From IMG/VR virus record IMGVR_UViG_3300007513_000054, positions 1 to 52,569 of that record: a stretch of 52,569 nt of DNA. One strand, written 5' to 3'. Below, piece after piece: positions 19,200 through 27,714 of this stretch. This DNA comes from a virus (Duplodnaviria > Caudoviricetes). Made by a program: the position numbers and the translations under genes. Below the pieces are notes generated by a model that was not told the origin of the DNA, made no database searches, and saw only the letters and a program-made list of their open reading frames with translations. Each line of letters opens with the position of its first letter. Within the stretch, counting starts at the first letter, position 1.

Positions 19200-19424
19200 G
19201 TGCTTGATCCTAAAATTCCTGATTCATTTGATCAATTTATCAGAGAACATATAAATTTACATGCAAAGGTGGATCAGTTAAGGAATGACAATTCTAAATT
19301 GGTTAGGCAAAATAAAGAATTAATAGATCAATTACGTAAACAAGTTGAAGCAAATGATAAATTGCTCCAAAGATTAAAAAAAATAGAAAATAAAAAAAGT
19401 GAAAATTATAAACATTATGTTTAA
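19200..19424 (+). CDS. Coiled-coil hypothetical protein
   Basis: GTG start with SD GAGG; heptads. Confidence 0.5.
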   Translation: MLDPKIPDSFDQFIREHINLHAKVDQLRNDNSKLVRQNKELIDQLRKQVEANDKLLQRLKKIENKKSENYKHYV

Positions 19425-19453
19425 TAGTATCCTGAGCAGGCACAGGAAATAGG

Positions 19454-19479
19454 CTCGGCTAATTTTAGCCGAGTTTTTT
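19454..19479 (+). terminator. Intrinsic terminator
   Basis: Stem CTCGGCTA/TAGCCGAG followed by a T6 tract. Confidence 0.75.
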
Positions 19480-19499
19480 ATATTATAGGAGAAAATATA

Positions 19500-19712
19500 A
19501 TGGATGAATTGAGAAATAAAAATTATAAAGTGTCTATGTTATTAGACTTTCATATCACATGTGATATAAATTTAGAACCAGAAGAATTGGTCAATCAGTT
19601 AAAGGATCAGTTCGTGATTAAGAAGCGACATCAACAATGGATAATTGATAATTTAGAGATGGACTATCAAGTATTTAAAGTGAAAGATAGTGTGGAGATT
19701 ATGAATGTCTAA
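19500..19712 (+). CDS. Hypothetical protein
   Basis: SD AGGAG. Confidence 0.55.
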   Translation: MDELRNKNYKVSMLLDFHITCDINLEPEELVNQLKDQFVIKKRHQQWIIDNLEMDYQVFKVKDSVEIMNV

Positions 19713-19956
19713 AATATCTAATTTGAATATATTTGTAATGTTGGTTAGATATGGATGGATGATCAGAAAGAGAAATTGGTGGAAATTGTTTCCCTTTTTG
19801 CCTATTCCTCCTACTAATTATATAATGTGGAGATTTGAGACAGTATGGGGAATTGATGCACAGAATCCTCGTTTAGAACAGTTTCCTTCTATTAAAACAA
19901 TGATAAAAGATACATGGGCTTTTGGTAGATGGTTATGTTTAATCATACCAAGATAA
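19705..19956 (+). CDS. Trp/Pro-rich hypothetical protein
   Basis: 'WWKLFPFLPIPP..Y..WRFET..G'; SD GGAG. Confidence 0.6.
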   Translation: MSKISNLNIFVMLVRYGWMIRKRNWWKLFPFLPIPPTNYIMWRFETVWGIDAQNPRLEQFPSIKTMIKDTWAFGRWLCLIIPR

Positions 19957-20186
19957 TAATTCCTGATAAGGCAATATTAGAAGGTGCACCAAACATGTGG
20001 GGAATATATAGAGGAGATGGAAAATTACATCAATTTTATTGTAGTGATTGTTATATACACATCGAAGTTAAATTTCCTAGATGGGACAGAACACTTAATA
20101 AAGAACGTGTTGTAGATGATGTCTTGAATAATAAAATATTCAGATGTCCTGGTTGTATCAATTCAAATTTTATAGAGGTTAATTAA
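19929..20186 (+). CDS. Putative Zn-binding protein
   Basis: Two CxxC pairs (CSDC, CPGC). Confidence 0.5.
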   Translation: MVMFNHTKIIIPDKAILEGAPNMWGIYRGDGKLHQFYCSDCYIHIEVKFPRWDRTLNKERVVDDVLNNKIFRCPGCINSNFIEVN

Positions 20187-20308
20187 TATGTTATTTCAAG
20201 GATCTAAGTATGCATTGTATTTACGTGAAGGTGGAATTTATGAGGCTGATAGTATTATTGGATTAATTATGGAAATTATAAAACACAGATTTGGGCATTT
20301 GATTAAAG

Positions 20309-21091
20309 ATGGAAAATGGATGGACTGATATGAGTGATTATGTAAACATTTATCATGAAGAATATGTTGAAGGTTTGAAGGAGATATTTAATAGTGGTAT
20401 TACCACAACCTTCAGTACTCTTATGATGGGATTAGCTCTTGTTAAGGTTCTAGAAACTATTACCAATAATATTAGAAACAGAAAAAGACATTTTTATTGC
20501 ACTTTGTATTATTTTCATCTATTTACTATAATTGTGTTGACTTGTCATGGTATTTTTACGGCCCATGAACCATGGGCCAGTCAAACTGATTCTATTTATG
20601 ATTACACTGAAGATTGGGAAATTCCTCTTTCGTTCCATTATTTCAATATAGTATATATTTTTATGTTTATTTTTTCTGTGTATTTTAGTATTCCTTCTAG
20701 TGATGATATGAATAAACACTTTTTATCCTTGAGGAATTTTTATAAGAAAAGTACTGAATTGTGGCTTCCTTTTATGTGGGGGTCAATCTTTTTTTTAGAC
20801 ATGGCAATTTGGTTAGATAGGTCACTTGCAGGAGATATAGAATTTTATTATTGGTGTTATGATAGTACGTTAAGTAGTTTGTTATTAGGAATTTTGGATC
20901 ATCAGTGGATCCATATTTTAGGTCTTTCTTTTATTTTTCTGATTCTTCGATTTAAGAAAGATTGGTTATATTGGCTTTGGTATCTAGCAATATATTCTCC
21001 TCTTATCTACATGATACTTCAAGGAGAAAATCATTGGATATCTATGGAAATTGACATACAACAGTTTAAAGAAGGAATTTCAGAGTATTAA
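20309..21091 (+). CDS. Multi-pass membrane protein
   Basis: About six hydrophobic segments. Confidence 0.65.
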   Translation: MENGWTDMSDYVNIYHEEYVEGLKEIFNSGITTTFSTLMMGLALVKVLETITNNIRNRKRHFYCTLYYFHLFTIIVLTCHGIFTAHEPWASQTDSIYDYTEDWEIPLSFHYFNIVYIFMFIFSVYFSIPSSDDMNKHFLSLRNFYKKSTELWLPFMWGSIFFLDMAIWLDRSLAGDIEFYYWCYDSTLSSLLLGILDHQWIHILGLSFIFLILRFKKDWLYWLWYLAIYSPLIYMILQGENHWISMEIDIQQFKEGISEY

Positions 21092-21112
21092 TTGATGAGG
21101 TGAATTAGAAAT

Positions 21113-21337
21113 ATGAGTAAAATTAAATTTGTGATTATTGTAATTGTATTAATTTTAATCAGTGCTTGTGATTATCAAGAGAATAAATTAATTAAGGAGC
21201 AGGCAACTACATTTGAACAAGAATTATCATTTAGACAACGTAAGGAGATTGAGTTGAAAAATGAAATTCAGAAAAAACAAGAATATATAAATAAATTAGA
21301 GAGAATGTTAGAATGTAAGGATGGTGAAAAAAAATGA
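21113..21337 (+). CDS. Putative lipoprotein
   Basis: Signal peptide with lipobox ISAC, then coiled coil. Confidence 0.6.
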   Translation: MSKIKFVIIVIVLILISACDYQENKLIKEQATTFEQELSFRQRKEIELKNEIQKKQEYINKLERMLECKDGEKK

Positions 21338-21519
21338 TCGAGTGGTCGAATAGGAATTGGATTAATAAAGGGTATTTTGATAATTTACAGAAATATCAGT
21401 TGATTGAAAGTTTTCGTAGAAATCCGGAAAAAATATTTCAATTAGTTGTAGAAAATTTTAGAATGAAGGAAGAAATAACTAATTTAAAACGACAAATTGC
21501 AGAACAAAATAGACCTTGA
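21334..21519 (+). CDS. Hypothetical protein
   Basis: ATGA overlap. Confidence 0.45.
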   Translation: MIEWSNRNWINKGYFDNLQKYQLIESFRRNPEKIFQLVVENFRMKEEITNLKRQIAEQNRP

Positions 21520-21535
21520 TAATAGGAGAAATGTT

Positions 21536-21937
21536 ATGAAGTTGTATTGGATTATTTTACCATTGATATTATTATTGGGTTGTACTACAACTCCTTATCA
21601 ATATTATGAATTAGAGTATGAGCCTCTTGAATTTTATGACTATCCTCTTTCTCCCGGAGTAAATGTATATATTCCTAGACATAGGCCTTATCCATTATAT
21701 CGTTTTGATGGATTTTATTATGATGAACCATATACATATATGTTATATCGTGAGCAAAACGGAAGAGTAAGACCTCGTAAAATTCCTAATTCTGTATTAA
21801 GGAAAATTCACCGATCACACCAAGTACATCCTCCTCCTGTTAAAAAAACCAAGAAGCAACATATTTTTACGAATCCTACGATGGATCAAGAATCTAATCG
21901 TAGGTTAATTCGGAAAAGAATTGAGGATAGACAATGA
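21536..21937 (+). CDS. Putative lipoprotein, Tyr/Pro-rich
   Basis: SD AGGAG; lipobox LLGC. Confidence 0.6.
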   Translation: MKLYWIILPLILLLGCTTTPYQYYELEYEPLEFYDYPLSPGVNVYIPRHRPYPLYRFDGFYYDEPYTYMLYREQNGRVRPRKIPNSVLRKIHRSHQVHPPPVKKTKKQHIFTNPTMDQESNRRLIRKRIEDRQ

Positions 21938-22140
21938 TTGGTTCATTTAGTCTTTTTGGTAAAAGATATAGTACGTGGTGGATATTAGTAATAATAACCG
22001 CTTTTATGGTATTGATGGCAAGTTTCAGAGAAATTCCAAAACCAGATCCAATTCATTGTTGCAAATGTTGCGTTGCATTGGAATATTTATGTTGTACTAA
22101 AGTTCAAGCAGATGCCGGTAGTGCATGTTTAGGGAGATAA
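21934..22140 (+). CDS. Small Cys-rich membrane protein
   Basis: One TM plus 'CCKCC....CC'. Confidence 0.45.
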   Translation: MIGSFSLFGKRYSTWWILVIITAFMVLMASFREIPKPDPIHCCKCCVALEYLCCTKVQADAGSACLGR

Positions 22141-22334
22141 CAATGGCACATATTAATTTAGAAATAGAAACAATGAATCCTAAGACAGTAGTAAGATTAA
22201 ATATTGAAGACGGTTATTATGAACCTCAACAAATAGCCGATTTGTATGGTGCTATGCTAAAAGTAATAGAATCAATACAAGTTGGTACTCCTGGACGCAT
22301 AGATATTAAAATAACACCTGATGATGAAGAATAA
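22125..22334 (+). CDS. Hypothetical protein (start probably a few codons later)
   Basis: SD GGGAG before internal ATG. Confidence 0.5.
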   Translation: MFREITMAHINLEIETMNPKTVVRLNIEDGYYEPQQIADLYGAMLKVIESIQVGTPGRIDIKITPDDEE

Positions 22335-22338
22335 TATT

Positions 22339-22346
22339 TATAAATA
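22339..22346 (+). promoter_or_regulatory. T4-type late promoter TATAAATA
   Basis: Exact motif, intergenic, about 21 nt before ATG 22368. Confidence 0.7.
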
Positions 22347-22367
22347 TTGGTTTTAAGAGGAGATAGT

Positions 22368-23456
22368 ATGAAAACGTTTAATGAGTTTTTAGCAGAAATG
22401 GCTTATTCTGATACTACTAGAGGATATCTCGATTCTCGTTCTAAGCCATATGAGTTTTGGCTTAGTGGTAAGTATGAGGCTCCATTACCTTTTTCTGCTC
22501 CGATGTTTAATCGCATAAAAGAGGACAATACGGATAAGAAGGCATTGCATATTACTGGTGGATCTGGTATGTTGTCATTGTTTGATTTACAAAATTCATC
22601 TAAATCCCTTTCTGTAATGACTAAAATATTTAAAGCACAAGCTCCTTATTTGTTAAAAGGAATTGAAACCTCTGGTGGTTATATTGTTGAGTTAGAAGGA
22701 AATATGATTATGATAGGGGAGGAAGATATTTTCACTTCTTCTGATAGTGATGGTATGCGTTGGATGGATCTTACTTTTTTTAAAGAACAGAAAAGATTTA
22801 CAAAAAAATATGTAGAAAGTATGGAGAAGGTATTAGATACTATAAGAGATGATTTTAATACGGAAGTCTCCATAATTGGAAAGAATTTAACAAATGACAT
22901 ACGTGAATTTGGAGAAAGGCAAAAAAATGGACGGTTAAAATGGGCATTACAAAACGCAGATGATGCAGGAAACTCTCGATTGTGGGGAACAAAACTTTTA
23001 AATTTAAAAAATACATTAAAGGAGGAAAGGGAACTCAATAAGGAAATATCCAATGAACATCTTAACTTAATTAATGCATATGATGAAGAAATCAACAAAA
23101 CCTTATTTCAAATAACTAAAGGTTTATTTGATAATGCGGAAAGATTCATTAAAGACAATTTTGAAGAATTTTCTAATATCTTCACTCAAGCAGAAGCAGG
23201 ATCCTATAATGAAGGTGTTATGAATAGATTTAAGATTAAGAAAATTCATGTTGATGCCAGACTACCTTTTCCAAATTTGAAAAAGAAAACTGAGAATACT
23301 GTACATATAGATTTCTTAAATACAAATTTAAAAAGAGAAATTGATAGTTATGGAATTCCAGTAGTAACACACACAGATATGGCATCATGGAATACGTTAT
23401 TTGATGGCTATACATGGGAGAAGGCGGGAAAAAGACCTGCCTTATTTATGCCATGA
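22368..23456 (+). CDS. Paralog family member 4 with capsid-targeting-like N-terminus
   Basis: 'MKTFNEFLAE', 'KALHIT', 'SLSVMT', 'GIETSGG', 'DSDGMRW', 'YNEG'; SD GAGGAG. Confidence 0.7.
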   Translation: MKTFNEFLAEMAYSDTTRGYLDSRSKPYEFWLSGKYEAPLPFSAPMFNRIKEDNTDKKALHITGGSGMLSLFDLQNSSKSLSVMTKIFKAQAPYLLKGIETSGGYIVELEGNMIMIGEEDIFTSSDSDGMRWMDLTFFKEQKRFTKKYVESMEKVLDTIRDDFNTEVSIIGKNLTNDIREFGERQKNGRLKWALQNADDAGNSRLWGTKLLNLKNTLKEERELNKEISNEHLNLINAYDEEINKTLFQITKGLFDNAERFIKDNFEEFSNIFTQAEAGSYNEGVMNRFKIKKIHVDARLPFPNLKKKTENTVHIDFLNTNLKREIDSYGIPVVTHTDMASWNTLFDGYTWEKAGKRPALFMP

Positions 23457-23689
23457 AATTGATAGTAGCAATCACGGTATTTCTGTTTCTTATAATTGTA
23501 TCAGTGGGATATGTCTATGTAGCAGATAAGATAAGTCATTGGACTAATTTCAGGAAAAGGTAATATGAAAAGACCATTTGCGGAAATTTATATTTATTTG
23601 ACGGCGGCATTAGTAACATTAGTAGGAATCCTAACAGGAATCTTGTTAGGATCTTTATGGATTTTAAAAAAATTTATTGAGGTATTATA

Positions 23690-23935
23690 ATGAACACAAT
23701 AGAACACACTGAATTAGATCATGAAACGCTTAATCAACAACTAATGGGAGTAGAAAAACAAATCAATCCTGTCACAACATCACTCAAGGAGGAAAATGAA
23801 AATTTTAGAAAATTAGTCTTGGCACAGGAAAGAATCATCGAAAAGTTACGAAATAAATTGAAAAGCTCACAAGCAAATGAGAAATTACAAAAAGAATTAA
23901 GTGCCAAATGGGCAAGAGGAGAAATTGAAAATTAA
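23690..23935 (+). CDS. Coiled-coil hypothetical protein
   Basis: SD GAGG; heptads. Confidence 0.5.
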   Translation: MNTIEHTELDHETLNQQLMGVEKQINPVTTSLKEENENFRKLVLAQERIIEKLRNKLKSSQANEKLQKELSAKWARGEIEN

Positions 23936-23937
23936 TC

Positions 23938-24168
23938 ATGGAACAATTATTTACGGCAGTGACGATTTCATTATTTATGATGATGGGTAGTGCATTATAC
24001 GTCCTACTCTGGGACGTAATTGACAATCAAAAACATAAGCATCCTAAGCATTTAATTAATCTAGAGGAGGAAATATATCAACAAGTAATCATATTTCTAG
24101 CTAATGAAGACAAAGACAATATAACCGCATTAGTCAATAAAGCAATTTTACAATATTTAAAAAAATGA
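23938..24168 (+). CDS. Membrane-anchored hypothetical protein
   Basis: N-terminal TM segment. Confidence 0.5.
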   Translation: MEQLFTAVTISLFMMMGSALYVLLWDVIDNQKHKHPKHLINLEEEIYQQVIIFLANEDKDNITALVNKAILQYLKK

Positions 24169-24323
24169 GATTCCTATTTCTATTTTTATTACTATTAGGT
24201 GGTTGTACAACAAAACAAATATCAATAGAACCAATATCCACAAGACAGCCATTAGAAGAAAACAAGCATGAAGTGGCAGGTAAAGAAATTTATGAAGGTA
24301 TGTTAATAATTCTAGGAGAATAA
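24165..24323 (+). CDS. Small putative lipoprotein (not in ORF track)
   Basis: MRFLFLFLLLLGGC...; ATGA overlap with upstream stop. Confidence 0.5.
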   Translation: MRFLFLFLLLLGGCTTKQISIEPISTRQPLEENKHEVAGKEIYEGMLIILGE

Positions 24324-24327
24324 AAAA

Positions 24328-24750
24328 ATGAAAAAGTTCATTATAGGCCTAATATTTTTAATATTAACACAGTGCAGTTATCACGGTTGTGCGATAAAGC
24401 CCAAATATCTAGTAGAAAAATCATTACAAGAGGAGGCACAACAAGAAATACAACAACGTCAAGAAGAATGGAATTGGAAAAATCGTCATCGTCTCAGACA
24501 AGATAAAGTCTATTGGGAGAAAAGATTTGAATTACTTCCACCTAGACAAGGAACGCATAAGAAACAACTAATCACTAGAAAAAGACAATATAGAAATCCT
24601 CAATTAGGAATAGCACGAAATAGATTCAATAATAATGCCAAACGAAGAACACATATCACTCCTAAAAAACACAATGGTGTCAAGGTCCATAAAAAAAATT
24701 ATTGGTCCAAAACTACCAAAGATCGAAAGGAGGATATAGCTAATGAGTAA
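24328..24750 (+). CDS. Putative lipoprotein/secreted basic protein
   Basis: Signal peptide with Cys; K/R-rich tail. Confidence 0.5.
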   Translation: MKKFIIGLIFLILTQCSYHGCAIKPKYLVEKSLQEEAQQEIQQRQEEWNWKNRHRLRQDKVYWEKRFELLPPRQGTHKKQLITRKRQYRNPQLGIARNRFNNNAKRRTHITPKKHNGVKVHKKNYWSKTTKDRKEDIANE

Positions 24751-24931
24751 TGTCAAGTTACTACTACAAGAAACAATAAATGAATTAAAAAAATTACATA
24801 TTTTAATGAGAAACGATACAGAAGATTATCAAGAGAAATATGATTTTTTAATGAGAAGAAAAAAACGATTACATGAACATTATCTAGAAGAAGAACACCG
24901 AGCCGCAATAATAAGGAGACTAGAACAATGA
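24743..24931 (+). CDS. Hypothetical protein
   Basis: SD GGAGG. Confidence 0.5.
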   Translation: MSNVKLLLQETINELKKLHILMRNDTEDYQEKYDFLMRRKKRLHEHYLEEEHRAAIIRRLEQ

Positions 24932-25322
24932 TAGCCAGAATAGTAGCAGTAGCTACAGCCACTAAAAAAGCATTAATGCAAAATAAAAAGAAAAAACAAC
25001 GTAAAACAACCCCTGTTACATGTATTAGTGGAAAGAAAAAATCACAGACAGTAGAGGAATTACAGAAAGAAGGTGATTTCAAAGGAATAATAGATAAATT
25101 AATGTGAAAGTATCCAGACAGCAAATTTTATCCATGATAGAGAAGTATGAGAGAACCAAAATGCAGTTGTATCAGACCAAGAAAAAAGCAGAGAGAATCT
25201 ATTTGCATAATCAATTAGAGAAGTATGTCAAAATGGCACAACAACTGTGCCAACAATTGAATATTTAAAAAACCTAATAAAAACCTTGTTTTCTTTTTTT
25301 AGGTCTCCGTATGTTACCATCT

Positions 25323-25409
25323 GATACCATGCGATACTACTCGATACCATGCGATACTACTCGATACCATGCGATACTACTCGATACCATGCGATACTAC
25401 TCGATACCA
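25323..25409. repeat. Tandem repeat, 20-bp unit GATACCATGCGATACTACTC x4 plus partial
   Basis: Exact copies at 25323, 25343, 25363, 25383, partial at 25403; unit is two related 10-mers. Confidence 0.97.
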
Positions 25410-25437
25410 GTCAAGGCGACGTGCGCCCGATTTTCAA

Positions 25438-25579
25438 GTGTGCGGTATTTCATACAGTGTGCGGTATGGTAGACACTGTGCGGCTTAGTAGACACTCGGA
25501 GGTGTCTACGTGTATGATTTACTATACACTCGGAGAAGTTTTTTGTAAAAAAATTTGTAGACGTATACAAAATCATACA
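25438..25579. repeat. Degenerate ~19-bp direct repeats and inverted repeats
   Basis: (G/C)TGTGCGG at 25438/25457/25476; GTAGACACT at 25469/25488; IR GTAGACAC..GTGTCTAC 25488-25509; IR TGTATGATTT (25511)/AAATCATACA (25570). Confidence 0.8.
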
Positions 25580-25757
25580 ACTAAACACTGAGATCCTGAA
25601 AGCCTGATCCCCAGGGCTTTTAATAAATATTATTTTTCATACACACCAGGGCCCGATTCCCAATATTGGCGAGCGATACATCTGAATCAAGATATAACTT
25701 TTTGTATACAAAATTTTTTTTCCACAAAATTATTTTGTGTCAACATCAAAAAAAAGC

Positions 25758-25784
25758 TAAAGTTTCCCCCACAATTGTCGATAA
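25758..25784 (+). promoter_or_regulatory. sigma28 (FliA)-like promoter copy 1
   Basis: TAAAGTTT-cccccacaatt-GTCGATAA. Confidence 0.8.
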
Positions 25785-25856
25785 TTATAAGTAGAGGCGC
25801 AAGTAATATCAAAACACAAATGCAAAAATTAATTTCAAAAAAAGTGAAAATAAAGC

Positions 25857-25883
25857 TAAAGTTTTCCGCATTTGTGTCGATAA
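25857..25883 (+). promoter_or_regulatory. sigma28-like promoter copy 2
   Basis: TAAAGTTT-tccgcatttgt-GTCGATAA. Confidence 0.8.
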
Positions 25884-25986
25884 TTATAAGTAGAGGCGCA
25901 AGTAATATCGAAACACAAACCAAACATTCTAGCAGAAAAATCAAAAAATCTGAAAAATTTATTTTCCGGATTATTGAAAATAAAGC

Positions 25987-26013
25987 TAAAGTTTTTGGAT
26001 ATTGTGTCGATAA
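25987..26013 (+). promoter_or_regulatory. sigma28-like promoter copy 3
   Basis: TAAAGTTT-ttggatattgt-GTCGATAA, 30 nt before ORF 26043. Confidence 0.85.
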
Positions 26014-26042
26014 TTATAATATAGCAAGTAATTGGAGATAGT

Positions 26043-26387
26043 ATGACATTAGACCAACTTTTATTGAAAAACAGCATAGACTTGGAAACGTTAGCAAAAA
26101 ATTTAGATCTTGATAAAATTTTCGGAGAATCTAACGAGTTGGAACGTGATGATAATTCGGAGACTGATTTAGACTTGACAGATTTTGAGATAGTAGAAAC
26201 CCAACATGGGTTCGACGTTTCGTTTACTGATTTTGATGGAAAAATTTTTCTTGCATTTTTTAAGACTATCAAAGCAAGTGAAAATTGGCTCGATATGATG
26301 ATGGGAACGTCGGACTTTGTATCTGATAATACTTTGACAGAATATCAGAGTAATCTATCAGGAAAACATTTTTACAATAATAGCTAA
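26043..26387 (+). CDS. Acidic early hypothetical protein
   Basis: Promoter plus SD GGAG; D/E-rich. Confidence 0.7.
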   Translation: MTLDQLLLKNSIDLETLAKNLDLDKIFGESNELERDDNSETDLDLTDFEIVETQHGFDVSFTDFDGKIFLAFFKTIKASENWLDMMMGTSDFVSDNTLTEYQSNLSGKHFYNNS

Positions 26388-26395
26388 AAAAAAGC

Positions 26396-26422
26396 TAAAG
26401 TTTTCGGCTTAACTGTCGATAA
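26396..26422 (+). promoter_or_regulatory. sigma28-like promoter copy 4
   Basis: TAAAGTTT-tcggcttaact-GTCGATAA, intergenic. Confidence 0.85.
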
Positions 26423-26454
26423 TTATAATATAGCAACTAACACTGGAGAATATC

Positions 26455-26658
26455 TTGAAACTTTCAGAATTGATACAAAAATTACAAACTGCGGAACGTG
26501 AACATGGGAACGTGGAAGTAGAGTTTAACATAGCCGCCGATCCGGAGTCTACTATGCAAATAGGGGACGCCTGTGCAAGTGATTTAATTAAGATTGAATC
26601 ATTTGATTGGAAAGGATCTACGATATTAAACTTGGATTTAGGATTTTCAAAATTCTAA
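26455..26658 (+). CDS. Small early hypothetical protein
   Basis: TTG start with SD GGAG; 'MKLSELIQKLQ...HGNVEV' is a common phage small-protein start. Confidence 0.65.
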   Translation: MKLSELIQKLQTAEREHGNVEVEFNIAADPESTMQIGDACASDLIKIESFDWKGSTILNLDLGFSKF

Positions 26659-26677
26659 AATAATTTGAAAATAAAGC

Positions 26678-26704
26678 TAAAGTTTTCGGCAATTGTGTCG
26701 ATAA
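26678..26704 (+). promoter_or_regulatory. sigma28-like promoter copy 5
   Basis: TAAAGTTT-tcggcaattgt-GTCGATAA, intergenic. Confidence 0.85.
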
Positions 26705-26747
26705 TTATAATATAGCAAGTGATTAGAAAATTGGAGAGAATTACAAC

Positions 26748-27185
26748 ATGCCATTAAAAGTTAGCGTAAGTAGAGTTGGATCGAAAAATGCTGGTAAACC
26801 TTACTCATATCTCACCGGCGTAGAACGTAAAGTTGGATACTGTAAAGGTGGACGATTTAACACGCCTGAGTTGGACCAAGCTAGGGTAACATTTAACGGT
26901 GCCAAAAATCGTAATAAAGATATTACACCGTTAACTGAGGATCGGGAAGCCATCTTTGATATGTATTATCAAGCATATATGACAAGTTTGGAGACTGGTA
27001 TTACACACCGTGTGGCAATGGCTAAGCCTAAAAAAGCTGGCGGATTGTGGACCTTGTCTAATCTTAAAATTGTCAAGAAAGGTGAGTCGGTCAACCCTAA
27101 GCCGAAAAATGCTAAAAAAGCTGAAAAACAGTTGGAACTATTTGAGGAACCAAAAGTAGATGATTCCCAATTGGAGTTATTTTAA
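26748..27185 (+). CDS. Degenerate HNH-like protein
   Basis: 'TP...E.IF.MY..A....ETGITHRVAM.KP...GGLW..SNLKI' follows the phage HNH scaffold without the catalytic His residues. Confidence 0.55.
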   Translation: MPLKVSVSRVGSKNAGKPYSYLTGVERKVGYCKGGRFNTPELDQARVTFNGAKNRNKDITPLTEDREAIFDMYYQAYMTSLETGITHRVAMAKPKKAGGLWTLSNLKIVKKGESVNPKPKNAKKAEKQLELFEEPKVDDSQLELF

Positions 27186-27392
27186 TTGAACAAAATTAAA
27201 TTTAGATCAAAATCAGGAAGTCAGGAAGTAACCTTATGTTATGCAAACCGTTCCGCTGTTTATAAACGTAGGGCGGAACGTACCAAGGAACATTATCTAA
27301 CGGATATGGATTTCCATAGATTGATTGATAATTTTTGGAATAATAAACGTTGGGATAAGGTTAGAGTTTTTAACAGTGGAGACGTAAGTTAA
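27186..27392 (+). CDS. Hypothetical protein
   Basis: TTG start, SD GGAG. Confidence 0.45.
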   Translation: MNKIKFRSKSGSQEVTLCYANRSAVYKRRAERTKEHYLTDMDFHRLIDNFWNNKRWDKVRVFNSGDVS

Positions 27393-27655
27393 TGATAAGA
27401 TTGATAACTGGAGGATTCCTAGTATTAGGGTCCGTTGGTGGAATGGAGATGGGATCCATGGGACCGGGAATGGCGATAATGTTTGCCGTTCCCGGACTGA
27501 TGGCAATTTGGTGGGCCTTGTTAGATGGTACTATTCACAGATTAGCCGGAGTAAAAAAATTATGGTAGAAATGATGATGTTAATTGGAATAGGAATAATT
27601 ATTTTTGGTGGACCGATTGTATTATTTTCACCGAAAAATAAATCGTAATTAGTGC

Positions 27656-27682
27656 TAAAGTTTTCCGGGTTTGTGTCGATAA
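27656..27682 (+). promoter_or_regulatory. sigma28-like promoter copy 6
   Basis: TAAAGTTT-tccgggtttgt-GTCGATAA before ORF 27715. Confidence 0.85.
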
Positions 27683-27714
27683 TAGTAATATAGCAACAAA
27701 AAGGGATTAGTGAA

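Noticed and set aside
25323-25409. CRISPR array
   Set aside because: Repeats are contiguous with no unique spacers.
25790-25920. Lysine riboswitch (AGTAGAGGCGC start)
   Set aside because: Only the first ~11 nt resemble it; downstream helices are absent.
25349-26272. ORFs 25349+, 25397-, 25687-, 25775+ and 25856-
   Set aside because: They are translations of repeats and promoters or antisense shadows, with no SD or protein-like features.
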